A model generated the notes under the pieces. The model made no database searches and had not been told where the DNA came from. It saw only the letters and a list, made by a program, of their open reading frames with translations. Made by a program: the position numbers and the translations under genes. This document shows, in pieces, positions 8,831 through 17,767 of a stretch of 32,000 bases of DNA (the first letter of the stretch is position 1; each line of letters opens with the position of its first letter). This stretch comes from Nitrososphaerota archaeon (GTDB taxonomy: Archaea > Thermoproteota > Nitrososphaeria > Nitrososphaerales > Nitrosopumilaceae): contig JADFLH010000010.1 of NCBI GenBank assembly GCA_022564515.1, forward strand, positions 8,534 to 40,533, written 5' to 3'.

Positions 8831-9694
8831 ATGAATAGAATAGGTATAGACCTCGGGGGAACAAAAATAGAAGGAATTATTCTAGATGAAAGTTTTAAAA
8901 TAATTGACAGAAAACGTCTTCCAGCACCATATGATGATTACAAAGAAATTGTAAACTGTATTATTGGTTTGGTTAATGAATTGAAAATAAAAGCCACTGA
9001 TGTGACTATAGGGATTGGTACCCCAGGTACAATTTCAAAACATAGCGGTCTAATTAAAAACAGCAACACACAGTGTCTCATTGGAATGCCACTAAAAGAA
9101 GATCTGGAAAAAGCTCTGGGACAAAGCATTTCAATGGAAAATGACGCCAATTGTTTTGCACTGGCAGAATCAAAAATGGGAGCTGGTAAAAACTTCGAAA
9201 TTGTTTTTGGAGTTATAATGGGAACTGGAGTAGGAGGCGGAATTGTGATGAATGGTAAAGTACACCGAGGGAGGACAAACATCGCAGGAGAGTGGGGACA
9301 CCACACACTACATCATAATGGAAACAAGTGTTATTGTGGAAAGAATGGCTGTGTTGAGACATACATTAGTGGACCCGCATTGGAGAAACGCTGGAAAGAG
9401 CTTACAGGAAAATCCGAATCATTGACACAAATCATTCACCAACTTGATGTTGGTAACGCAAAACATTGGAAGAATGAATTTTTGGAAAATTTTGGAATCG
9501 CATTAGCAAATGTTATTGATATTTTGGATCCAGACGTAATTGTACTAGGAGGAGGAGTATCAAACATTTCTTTTCTTTATGATGAAGGAAAGACAGTAGT
9601 GTATGAAAAAGTGTTTAGTGACATCGTTGATACCCCCATACTAAAAAACCAACTAGGGGATTCTGCAGGTGTATTTGGCGCAACTTTACTATAA
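8831..9694 (+). CDS. ROK-family sugar kinase (glucokinase/fructokinase/NagK-like)
   Basis: ATP-binding start IGIDLGGTKIEG, then ENDANCFALAE, GTGVGGG and the ROK zinc motif GEWGHHTL...CYCGKNGCVETY. Confidence 0.85.
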   Translation: MNRIGIDLGGTKIEGIILDESFKIIDRKRLPAPYDDYKEIVNCIIGLVNELKIKATDVTIGIGTPGTISKHSGLIKNSNTQCLIGMPLKEDLEKALGQSISMENDANCFALAESKMGAGKNFEIVFGVIMGTGVGGGIVMNGKVHRGRTNIAGEWGHHTLHHNGNKCYCGKNGCVETYISGPALEKRWKELTGKSESLTQIIHQLDVGNAKHWKNEFLENFGIALANVIDILDPDVIVLGGGVSNISFLYDEGKTVVYEKVFSDIVDTPILKNQLGDSAGVFGATLL

Positions 9695-9828
9695 AATACT
9701 TTTTCATAATGCATCTTTGTTAGAGATTTTTCAGCTCTTTGGGATACAAATGGCCAAAAAAGAAGCATAAATTACAAAAAATTTCCTTTATGGTTATATC
9801 TGTTAAAAATATCAAGAAATCACCCAAA

Positions 9829-10461
9829 ATGAGTGTTAGATTATTCCACATAGGTCTGTTCTCAATATTTTTAGTTCTAGGGATATTCTTTCCAGCAGTA
9901 GTAAATGCTGATGAAACAACTCAGGTGAAGATAACCTTGAATGAATCAAAAATGGATTATGATTCAACTGACAGACTTGTTCGAGCAAATATAGAAATTA
10001 CCAACTATAATCCAAATGATGGATATTATTTCATAAGAGTTACTAATCAAAACACAGAAGAAGTAATCAAAGAATCTGAAATCTTACCAAAATACATAGG
10101 CAACGAAATTTGGGGAGTACAGATAGCTCATCTTATTCCTGACCAAGTTGAGAAGGAGGAAATTATTGGTGATTACCTAATTGAAATTTACTCCGAATAT
10201 GGTTCTGCTATTGCCTCCACAATTTTTTCAGTTGTTGATCCTTATGCCACCAATGAATTACCCTCAGAACAATCTGGCGAGCTCGTACCTTTGGTTGTAG
10301 AGTCAAACGAATTAGAAACTGAAACAACTCCGCCAGAATCAAGATTACCATCTTGGATACGAGATATTTTCATATGGTATGCAGAAGGCACAATTTCAGA
10401 AAACGAACTTATTAATGCGATAGAATTTTTGGCCAATCAGAAAATAATCAACATCAATTAA
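9829..10461 (+). CDS. Secreted or surface protein of unknown function with a conserved-looking aromatic C-terminal motif
   Basis: From the ATG at 9829 the protein starts MSVRLFHIGLFSIFLVLGIFFPAVVNADE, a signal peptide with an AxA-like cleavage site. The C-terminus is LPSWIRDIFIWYAEGTISENELINAIEFLANQKII. The track start at 9739 adds a Lys-rich non-signal extension and is less likely. Confidence 0.6.
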   Translation: MSVRLFHIGLFSIFLVLGIFFPAVVNADETTQVKITLNESKMDYDSTDRLVRANIEITNYNPNDGYYFIRVTNQNTEEVIKESEILPKYIGNEIWGVQIAHLIPDQVEKEEIIGDYLIEIYSEYGSAIASTIFSVVDPYATNELPSEQSGELVPLVVESNELETETTPPESRLPSWIRDIFIWYAEGTISENELINAIEFLANQKIININ

Positions 10462-10531
10462 GAAAACTTACATTTTTCAAACAATTAAATAAATATAAAA
10501 AATCGAAGAAAATCATCAAGAAAAAATGAAT

Positions 10532-12055
10532 TTATTGAGGTTCAATGGTTGATGGAGGCTTGCTTGAAATAGCATAAGAGACCCAAGTTACATCTTCTAT
10601 CTCATTTGTTATTCTATTGCTAATTTTTTCAAGTAGGCCATAAGGAAGCCTAGTCCAATCAGCAGTCATCGCATCAACAGAGTCTACAACTCGAACCATC
10701 ACGATGTTTCCATATTTTCTTTCATCTCCAACAATTCCGACTGCTTTATCATCACCAACGGTAGCATACGCTTGCCAAATCTTGTCATAAAGTTCTGCCT
10801 CATCTAACTCATTTTCAACTATTTTACTTGCAACTTTGGCAATCTCAAGTTTCTTTGGAGTAACTTCTCCAACAATTCTGACTGCAAAACCGGGACCTGG
10901 AAATGGATGACGTTTGATTAGCTTTTCTGGTACTCCGATAATCCCTGCGATCTTTCTTACCTCATCTTTGTAAAGATCCCTTAATGGTTCTAGAATCTCT
11001 AGCTTAAGCCAGTTGGGAAGTCCACCTACATTATGATGGGATTTTATTATCGAGGCTGGCCCCTTTGAAACTCCACTTTCAATAACATCCGGATACAAAG
11101 TACCTTGTGCAAGCCATCTGAATGAGCCATTTTTTTCAGCAAACTCTGTAAAAATGCGGATAAACTCTTCACCAACAATCCTTCTTTTTTGTTCAGGATC
11201 AGTTACTCCCTTTAATTTTTCTAAAAATCTTTCTGCAGCATAAATTGAAGTAAAATTAACTTTAAAATTGTTTTTGAACATTTCCTCAACCTCTGTCTCT
11301 TCGTTTAGTCGCAAGAGACCATTATCCACAAAAACACACTTAAGCCTGTTTCCGATAGCTTTGTGAATTAACAATGCTGTAACCGTAGAATCTATTCCTC
11401 CACTGACACCGCACAAAACATTTCCTTCAATTTTTGAAAGATTTTCAACAGTGTTTTCAATAAAGGCTTCCATTGTCCAGTCTTGTTTTGCCCCACAAAT
11501 CTTTACAACAAAATTTTTGAGAATTTTAATTCCATGTTCTGTATGCATGACCTCCGGATGGAATTGAATTCCATAAACTGCCTTGTCTTTTGCAGCAATT
11601 GCTGCAGCATTGGCACTTTGAGTATGTCCAATTATTTCAAAACCTGAAGGCACCTCCTCGGCCTCATCACCATGACTCATCCAAGCTCTGATTGATTCTC
11701 CAATCCCACTTAGCAAGTCTTGGTCATTATCGATTGATAATAATGATGAACCATATTCTTTATTTACACGCTTTACCTTTCCACCAAAATTGTTCACAAT
11801 TAGTTGATGACCATAACAAATACCAAGTATTGGTATATTCATATTAAACACTTCAGTTTCTGGGATTGGTGCATTAGAATCGTAAACACTTGAAGGTCCC
11901 CCAGAAAAGATTATTCCCTTTGGATTGTGTTTTTTTAGTTCATCAGCGGAAATATCAAATGAAACAAGCTCACAGTATACGGCAAATTCACGAATCCTCC
12001 TACATATTAGGTGACTATATTGAGAACCAAAGTCCAAAACCACTATTTTGTCCAT
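10532..12055 (-). CDS. guaA: GMP synthase (glutamine-hydrolysing), fused GATase and ATP-pyrophosphatase domains
   Basis: 507 aa with the class I GATase motifs GICYGHQL and QFHPE, the PP-loop SGGIDSTV and a conserved C-terminal dimerisation domain. Confidence 0.95.
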   Translation of the reverse strand: MDKIVVLDFGSQYSHLICRRIREFAVYCELVSFDISADELKKHNPKGIIFSGGPSSVYDSNAPIPETEVFNMNIPILGICYGHQLIVNNFGGKVKRVNKEYGSSLLSIDNDQDLLSGIGESIRAWMSHGDEAEEVPSGFEIIGHTQSANAAAIAAKDKAVYGIQFHPEVMHTEHGIKILKNFVVKICGAKQDWTMEAFIENTVENLSKIEGNVLCGVSGGIDSTVTALLIHKAIGNRLKCVFVDNGLLRLNEETEVEEMFKNNFKVNFTSIYAAERFLEKLKGVTDPEQKRRIVGEEFIRIFTEFAEKNGSFRWLAQGTLYPDVIESGVSKGPASIIKSHHNVGGLPNWLKLEILEPLRDLYKDEVRKIAGIIGVPEKLIKRHPFPGPGFAVRIVGEVTPKKLEIAKVASKIVENELDEAELYDKIWQAYATVGDDKAVGIVGDERKYGNIVMVRVVDSVDAMTADWTRLPYGLLEKISNRITNEIEDVTWVSYAISSKPPSTIEPQ

Positions 12056-12059
12056 TGAA

Positions 12060-12611
12060 TCACTTGGCGTTTTCTAACATGCGTGAGAGTGACCATGCCA
12101 CTGTGTTAATGATTTCATTCACTCTTTCCTTTTGACGATAATTTTTCACAATTATTTCTCTAATTTGAGTACCACTTTTGTTTATTACATAATCAATGAC
12201 TGATTCGGGCTGAATTTTACCTAGTTTAACTTCAGCAGAATCTTTTCTTTTCATTTCCGCAATAATTCTGTCTATGAAAAATGATTTCAATGGCGGAGTG
12301 TCAGCATCAAGTCCAATTTCATCATTTAACACAATGGAAACCTGTTCAGATGAGATGTAGGCATTGGCAATTATTTCGTCGCTACTGCCTTTCATTATGG
12401 GAATAGCTGCTGAATTTACATTTGTTTTTATGGTAGAAAGATCTGAAGCCTTTGTAAAACTTGATTTTTTAAGGATTGATTTTAATATATCGTGATTTTT
12501 TTCAAGCATTTTAATTTCCTCTTTATGTTTTTCAATTTCATCTGAAATTCGTTGCGTTAGTTTTAGAATATCATGAATTTGCTCATCGGAGAACTTCATA
12601 CTTGCTATCAT
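12060..12611 (-). CDS. Hypothetical protein with an N-terminal coiled-coil and a C-terminal mixed domain
   Basis: 183-aa ORF packed between mptE (24-nt gap) and guaA (4-nt gap) on the same strand. It contains no Cys and I recognise no motif. Heptad-like charged repeats occupy residues 8-50. Confidence 0.55.
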   Translation of the reverse strand: MIASMKFSDEQIHDILKLTQRISDEIEKHKEEIKMLEKNHDILKSILKKSSFTKASDLSTIKTNVNSAAIPIMKGSSDEIIANAYISSEQVSIVLNDEIGLDADTPPLKSFFIDRIIAEMKRKDSAEVKLGKIQPESVIDYVINKSGTQIREIIVKNYRQKERVNEIINTVAWSLSRMLENAK

Positions 12612-12635
12612 GTAGATTAGGTATTAAAACGCATT

Positions 12636-13400
12636 CTAGATAATGATACTATCTACATCTCTGTAGCGGATTTTTTTAAAGCCCTTTATGGGTCCAAAAG
12701 TTGTATAAAGACCATATTTTCTTTTGGTGCCAAACCATTCTAAAAGTTTTTTTCCACGATTTAGTTTTTTGATCTTGATTTTTCTTTCAAAAACCTTTGT
12801 TCGAGAATATTTTCCAATCGTTTTACCAAAATCCATTCCAAATAAAATAATTTTTTTTGCACCAAAGTAGTTTGCAAGAAAGACACATCTATCTCCATCA
12901 GTAAAACCCCCAAAATTGTATAATTTCCCAACTGGTTTGGCCTGTGTAGTCCCTAAACAATTTTTGAAATTTTCAACTAGGTTAAGCTTTGCAATATTGT
13001 CGCCATGTGCGTGTACCACAAATATAGTATTGGTTTTTCCAACTTTTTTAAGAGATTTTTCATTCCCATCTAGGTCTGTTACAATAACATCTGGCCTAAT
13101 TTTGTTTTCAAGTAATTCATCTATTGCACTATCTGCAACAATTTTGGGCAATTTCTTGAATTTCTTCAAAGTGGGAATTGAAGAAGAGAGAGAAGGACCC
13201 GCCCCAATGATAAAAACTGATTTGCCCAAAATGATTTTTTTTAATTTATTCACTGAAACATTTTTTTTTAAAATTGAATCAAGTAACCATGCAGATTCTA
13301 AATCTTGTTTTTTACTATAGCCAAATTCTTTTAGGATTTCAGAATATCTAGTATTCCACCCTATAATCGTCATATCACTCAAATTATAACGCCTTGTCAT
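12636..13400 (-). CDS. mptE: 6-hydroxymethyl-7,8-dihydropterin pyrophosphokinase, archaeal MptE-like (DUF115 family)
   Basis: Motifs IIGAGPSL, VTDLDG and HAHGDN are typical of the MptE/DUF115 family. The gene is head-to-head with folP. The start could instead be Met10 (13373). Confidence 0.75.
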   Translation of the reverse strand: MTRRYNLSDMTIIGWNTRYSEILKEFGYSKKQDLESAWLLDSILKKNVSVNKLKKIILGKSVFIIGAGPSLSSSIPTLKKFKKLPKIVADSAIDELLENKIRPDVIVTDLDGNEKSLKKVGKTNTIFVVHAHGDNIAKLNLVENFKNCLGTTQAKPVGKLYNFGGFTDGDRCVFLANYFGAKKIILFGMDFGKTIGKYSRTKVFERKIKIKKLNRGKKLLEWFGTKRKYGLYTTFGPIKGFKKIRYRDVDSIII

Positions 13401-13407
13401 AAATTAT

Positions 13408-14274
13408 GTGAATAAACTAGGTCCGGTGCCTCTTGGAGATTCAAATCCTGTAAGAATTATGGGAATTCTAAATCTAAGCCCAGAGTCATTTTACAAAAAA
13501 TCAATTAAAACAACCAGACAGGAAATATCTGAAACTGTAAAAAAGATGGAAAATCAGGGTGCAGATTTTGTTGATGTGGGAGGCATGTCAACAGCTCCTT
13601 ACATTTCAACAATAATATCTGAAAAAACTGAAGCAAAAAGAATAACAGATGCCGTTAAAATAATCCAAAACAAAACGAATCTTCCAATTTCTGTTGATAC
13701 GTGTAGATCAAGTGTGGCTGTTCAAGCTTTGGAGTTGGGAGTTGATATTATCAACGACATTTCAGGTTTAAAATATGATCGGCAAATGATTGATGTTCTA
13801 AGAATATACGATCCTTCTCTTGTTTTATGCGCATTTAGCAAAAAATTGGTACGAGGCAATCAGATTTTAAAAACAAAAGAACTCCTACATGAAAGTCTAA
13901 AGCTTGCAAAATTGGCTGGCGTCTCGATAAAAAAGATTGTACTTGATCCTGCAATTGGTTTTTTTAGAAAATCGGGAAAAGGTCCATTTTTTACAAAAAT
14001 TAATTCTGAATGGTTAGAAAGAGATCTTTCATTATTAGTTAATCTAAAATCAATTAAACAAAACCAACCTGTACTTGTTTCTGTATCAAATAAATCATTT
14101 ATTGGAAAAATTATGAACAAAAAAAATCCCACAGATCGATTGCCAGGCTCACTTACCGCTGAAGTTGTCGCAGTAATTAATGGTGCGAACATTATTCGTA
14201 CGCACAACATTAGAGAAACAAGAAGTGTAGTCTCAACTGTTAAGAAACTTTGTCGTCCAGACAAAAGCTTATAA
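13408..14274 (+). CDS. folP: Dihydropteroate synthase
   Basis: Pterin-binding barrel motifs IMGILNLSPESFY, DVGGMSTAPY, SVDT, INDISG and IRTHN are present. The track uses a GTG start at 13408; an in-frame ATG at Met18 directly precedes GILN. Confidence 0.88.
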   Translation: MNKLGPVPLGDSNPVRIMGILNLSPESFYKKSIKTTRQEISETVKKMENQGADFVDVGGMSTAPYISTIISEKTEAKRITDAVKIIQNKTNLPISVDTCRSSVAVQALELGVDIINDISGLKYDRQMIDVLRIYDPSLVLCAFSKKLVRGNQILKTKELLHESLKLAKLAGVSIKKIVLDPAIGFFRKSGKGPFFTKINSEWLERDLSLLVNLKSIKQNQPVLVSVSNKSFIGKIMNKKNPTDRLPGSLTAEVVAVINGANIIRTHNIRETRSVVSTVKKLCRPDKSL

Positions 14275-14289
14275 TGTATTAGACTTCTT

Positions 14290-15738
14290 TTGTTAAGGGT
14301 TTCATTGGAATTCAAAGAAGGATTAACTTTTGACGATGTTCTCCTTGTTCCCAAATATTCTGACATTACATCCAGATCACAAACAAATCTTAGCACAAAA
14401 CTTTCAAGAAACATTTCCCTAAACATTCCCCTCATTAGCGCAAATATGGACACTGTAACAGAATCTTCAATGGCAGTAGCCATGGCACGCGAGGGCGGAA
14501 TAGGAATTATTCACAGATTTCTCACTATTGAACAGGAGGTCAAAGAAGTTCTCAAAGTCAAGCGTTCAGGCAGTGTGATGATTGAAAATCCTTATTCCAT
14601 TGCTCCTGACCAAACAGTTAGAAGTGCAATCAAGTATGCTGAAGAGAAAGGAGTTTCTGGTTTACTTGTAACTGATTCAGTATCAAAACTTGTTGGAATC
14701 TTAACCAATCGTGATCTAAAATTCGAATCAGGCTCATCCAAACTTGTAAAAGATGTAATGACAAAAGATGTTGTTACAGCAAAATCTGGAATCAGTCTTG
14801 AAGATGCAAAAGAGATTCTACACAAACATAGAATTGAAAAACTTCCTCTTGTAGATGAATCAGACCACGTAGCAGGTTTGATTACAAGTAAGGACATTAC
14901 AAATATTGAAAACTATCCTGTGGCATCAAAGGATAAAAAAGGAAGACCACTTGTGGGAGCCGCAGTCGGCGTAAAAGGAGACTTTATGGAAAGAGTAGAA
15001 TCACTTTTAGAAGCCAATGTTGATGTAATTGTTGTAGATATAGCACATGGTCACAGTGAAAATGCTGTAAGTACTATTCAGCATATCAAAAAAGCATTTC
15101 CTGATTGTGAATTAATTGCTGGAAATGTTGCAACTGCACAAGGAGCTGAAGATCTGATAAAAGCAGGCGTTGATGCTGTGAAAGTAGGTGTTGGCTCAGG
15201 TTCAATTTGCATAACTCGTGTAGTAACAGGTTCAGGAGTACCACAACTTACATCCGTATTGGATTGTGCCAAAGCAGGAAAAGACAATGATATTCCATTA
15301 ATTTCTGACGGCGGAACAAGAAATTCAGGAGATGCAACAAAAGCACTAGCAGCTGGAGCATCTTCAGTTATGATTGGAAGCATGCTTGGAGGAACTGATG
15401 AATCACCTGGCTCTCTTTTGACAAAAAATGGAAAACGGTTTAAAGTGTATCGCGGTATGGCTTCTTTGTCTGCTTCACTTGGAAGAAGAATAAAGGAGAC
15501 TGGAAACATTTCGCTTGAAGACGACCTAAATGATTACATTGCAGAAGGTGTTGAGGCGATGGTTCCATACAAGGGAAGTCTAACTGATATTCTAAAACAA
15601 CTGACAGGTGGTATTCGTTCAGGTCTTAGTTACTGTGGCGCACATACCATTTCACAAATGCAAGAAAATGCAGAATTTATCAAAATTTCACCGGCAGGCT
15701 TTGCTGAAAGCCAATCTCATGATGTTTCTTTAATGTAG
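14290..15738 (+). CDS. guaB: Inosine-5'-monophosphate dehydrogenase with a CBS pair
   Basis: [10 protein letters not shown] near the N-terminus, a CBS-domain insert, the catalytic loop [11 protein letters not shown], and DGG and GS.LGG motifs. The first in-frame ATG lies after the conserved N-terminus, so a TTG start at 14290 or 14305 is required. Confidence 0.95.
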   Translation: MLRVSLEFKEGLTFDDVLLVPKYSDITSRSQTNLSTKLSRNISLNIPLISANMDTVTESSMAVAMAREGGIGIIHRFLTIEQEVKEVLKVKRSGSVMIENPYSIAPDQTVRSAIKYAEEKGVSGLLVTDSVSKLVGILTNRDLKFESGSSKLVKDVMTKDVVTAKSGISLEDAKEILHKHRIEKLPLVDESDHVAGLITSKDITNIENYPVASKDKKGRPLVGAAVGVKGDFMERVESLLEANVDVIVVDIAHGHSENAVSTIQHIKKAFPDCELIAGNVATAQGAEDLIKAGVDAVKVGVGSGSICITRVVTGSGVPQLTSVLDCAKAGKDNDIPLISDGGTRNSGDATKALAAGASSVMIGSMLGGTDESPGSLLTKNGKRFKVYRGMASLSASLGRRIKETGNISLEDDLNDYIAEGVEAMVPYKGSLTDILKQLTGGIRSGLSYCGAHTISQMQENAEFIKISPAGFAESQSHDVSLM

Positions 15739-15849
15739 ATATTTAAATTTTAAAATTCATAAAACATTTTTTTAATTAACAATTCCCATCAAATTAAAAA
15801 AAAGGTTTGTATAGTTAATGTTTTAAGCACTGCCATAATCCATTCACAT

Positions 15850-16317
15850 ATGATTAGCAAAAGAACAGTAATTGGAATTGCAGTTGGATCTGTAATTGTT
15901 GCTATTGCGATTGCTTCTCTTATTACTCATTTTGGAATCCAAACAATTCAAGTTGATGAAACATTTCGTTTAGGGGAATCAACATCTTATCGTTTGAATG
16001 CACCTAATCATACCCCACAAACAATGAAGATAACTGGTAATACCTTTAATGTAACTCTATCAAGCCCTGGTGGAGGTTTACATATTCCATTAACGACTCA
16101 CAAAAATGAAGTTACTTTTGATTGGGTTCATTTGGCAGATGGTGACAGTAGAATTGATATTCAAAACACTGGAGATTCAGAAATACGTGTAGAAGCAACA
16201 TTTCAGGTAACCACAGATCCAATCTTTTTCACCTACGACATAATGGTAATAATTTCAGGTTTAGTGATTATGGGATTAAGTTTGGGATTTAGTATACGAA
16301 AGCCACGTGGATTCTAA
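15850..16317 (+). CDS. Membrane protein of unknown function (N- and C-terminal TM helices flanking a beta-rich domain)
   Basis: 155-aa ORF with hydrophobic helices at residues 6-27 and 128-148. Its 3' end overlaps the pheA stop by 4 bp, convergently. No motif was recognised. Confidence 0.5.
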   Translation: MISKRTVIGIAVGSVIVAIAIASLITHFGIQTIQVDETFRLGESTSYRLNAPNHTPQTMKITGNTFNVTLSSPGGGLHIPLTTHKNEVTFDWVHLADGDSRIDIQNTGDSEIRVEATFQVTTDPIFFTYDIMVIISGLVIMGLSLGFSIRKPRGF

Positions 16318-17129
16318 TCAAGTTCAGCAGCTGGATAAGATCCTAAGACTTTGAAAAACAATGTGTTTTCTTTAATCTTTACAATCATCTCTGATAACCT
16401 TTGATTATTTACATGGCCTTCAATGTCCACATAGAAATTGTATTCCCATGTAGCATCCTTTTTTGGCCTTGATTCAATCTTCGTTAAATTCACACCGTAG
16501 TTATTGAATTTCTCTATTACTTGAAAAAGTGTACCCGGTTCATGTTTTACAGAGAAAATAATTGATGTCTTGTCTTTTTGTGTTTCCTTGCTTTGCTTTT
16601 TTGACAAAACCAAGAATCGTGTGTAATTATTTGGCCTGTCTGCCATTCCTTCTTTTATTATTGGAACCTGATAAATTTCAGAAGCACTTTTGCTTGCTAT
16701 GCAGGCAACATTATCTTTTTTTATTTCTTTGATAATTTTTACGCTTCCAGCAGTATCATAGGATGGAACAGTTTTGATATTATGCTGTTGAATGAAATTC
16801 CTGCATTGTCCTAAAGCTTGTGGATGTGAATAGACAGTATCTACCTTTTCAAGAGGCCCAGTTCCAATAAGACAATGTTCTATTTTATGATAGATTTCTC
16901 CAACAGCATTAAGTGGGGTTGAATACAATAAATCATAGCTTTCTCCAACACTCCCTTCAAGCGAATTTTCAACGGGTAATACAGAATAATCTGTCGTATC
17001 GTTTGTTGTATGTGCTAAAACCTCTGCAAATGTGGGAAGTGGTACTGTTTCAATGTTTTTACCAAAGAAAGAAAATGCTGCAGCTTCACTATAAGCTCCT
17101 CGTTCTCCTTGGAACGAAACCTTTATCAT
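16314..17129 (-). CDS. pheA: Prephenate dehydratase with a C-terminal ACT domain
   Basis: 271 aa with an FQGERGAYSE start, TRFLVL and ESRP motifs, followed by an ACT-like regulatory domain. Confidence 0.88.
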   Translation of the reverse strand: MIKVSFQGERGAYSEAAAFSFFGKNIETVPLPTFAEVLAHTTNDTTDYSVLPVENSLEGSVGESYDLLYSTPLNAVGEIYHKIEHCLIGTGPLEKVDTVYSHPQALGQCRNFIQQHNIKTVPSYDTAGSVKIIKEIKKDNVACIASKSASEIYQVPIIKEGMADRPNNYTRFLVLSKKQSKETQKDKTSIIFSVKHEPGTLFQVIEKFNNYGVNLTKIESRPKKDATWEYNFYVDIEGHVNNQRLSEMIVKIKENTLFFKVLGSYPAAELD

Positions 17130-17680
17130 TTCTCGCTCAGTTTAACGAAATAATTAGTTCCAAAATCTGATGATAATTTTCTTTCATCGATCCAAGAACA
17201 TTCGGTGCATTTAACAGCATCACGTATCTGAATGACTTTCCTTCCACATTTAACACACTTGGTAAACAAAACACCAAATTGAGGTTCTTTTATGGTTGCG
17301 TGTATTGCTCCGTTCAAATGACTGATAATTCTAACACAAACAATGTCATTCACTAATGCGATCCTTTTTTTTCGCAAGTTTCTTGTTGAGCATATACATT
17401 CAACATGAGAACTTTTAGGTTTTCCATTAATATAATCAATTGATACCGCGATCATAGTGCCGAAAACCGCTGTGACTTTACCTATCACAATGTCTCCAAC
17501 CTTGGGAATTGAAATCACACTAGAATGTTTTACGTGGATAATTCGTTCCTTTTTATCAATTTCAACTGTACCAACAACGGTAGCTCTAACATCGTTTCCA
17601 TCATCAAAGGTATTATGTCCTGCTTCGTATTCTTCAACAGATGCAATTCTATCTCCAGGAAAAATGATTGATTCAGACAT
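17126..17680 (-). CDS. csl4: Exosome complex RNA-binding subunit Csl4
   Basis: 184 aa with an N-terminal domain, an S1-like central fold (GDIVIGKV) and a C-terminal zinc ribbon CVKCG...CTEC, which is the Csl4 architecture. Confidence 0.8.
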   Translation of the reverse strand: MSESIIFPGDRIASVEEYEAGHNTFDDGNDVRATVVGTVEIDKKERIIHVKHSSVISIPKVGDIVIGKVTAVFGTMIAVSIDYINGKPKSSHVECICSTRNLRKKRIALVNDIVCVRIISHLNGAIHATIKEPQFGVLFTKCVKCGRKVIQIRDAVKCTECSWIDERKLSSDFGTNYFVKLSEK

Positions 17681-17722
17681 GTGCTGGTTCTCTAACAGAT
17701 GATTATAATAGTTTTAGCATAA

Positions 17723-17752
17723 TTATGTTGTCAACTGATATTAACAACATAA
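17723..17752. repeat. Perfect 9-bp inverted repeat (TTATGTTGT / ACAACATAA) with a 12-nt spacer
   Basis: Read directly from the sequence in the csl4/TPR divergent intergenic region. The right arm ends 16 nt before the TPR gene ATG. Function is unknown. Confidence 0.5.
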
Positions 17753-17767
17753 AATCCGAAACCAATA

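Noticed and set aside
8938-9306. 122-aa antisense ORF inside the ROK kinase gene. Similar antisense ORFs occur at 29524-29898, 30319-30666, 6460-6786, 7236-7550, 20231-20566 and 22304-22591.
   Set aside because: All lie fully within, and opposite to, well-supported conserved genes. They are treated as frame shadows.
9739-9828. Track start (9739) adding 30 residues, MGYKWPKKKHKLQKISF..., to the secreted protein.
   Set aside because: The extension is Lys-rich and would bury the signal peptide. The ATG at 9829 yields a textbook signal sequence, so 9829 is preferred.
12916-13320. 134-aa plus-strand ORF inside mptE.
   Set aside because: It is antisense to the MptE motifs HAHGDN, VTDLDG and GAGPSL and has no independent support.
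13860-14483. 207-aa ORF on the minus strand spanning the folP 3' end and guaB 5' end.
   Set aside because: It is entirely antisense to two strongly supported genes. Its composition is Ser/Phe/Leu-rich and low in complexity, as expected for a shadow frame in AT-rich coding DNA. It has no motif and no flanking promoter space.
15078-15509. 143-aa antisense ORF inside guaB.
   Set aside because: It is a shadow ORF opposite the most conserved part of IMPDH (catalytic loop region). Its Pro/Ser/Ala-rich translation mirrors the Gly/Ala/Ser codons of guaB.
17126-17129. 4-bp overlap coupling csl4 (RNA exosome) to pheA as a functional link.
   Set aside because: There is no biochemical rationale for the pairing. 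Tight packing of unrelated housekeeping genes is pervasive throughout this window.
17690-17745. Possible C/D-box sRNA (GATGA-like box at about 17698 and CTGA at about 17735).
   Set aside because: The C box is imperfect (AGATGAT rather than RUGAUGA). No C'/D' pair or terminal stem is present, and the spacing is too short.
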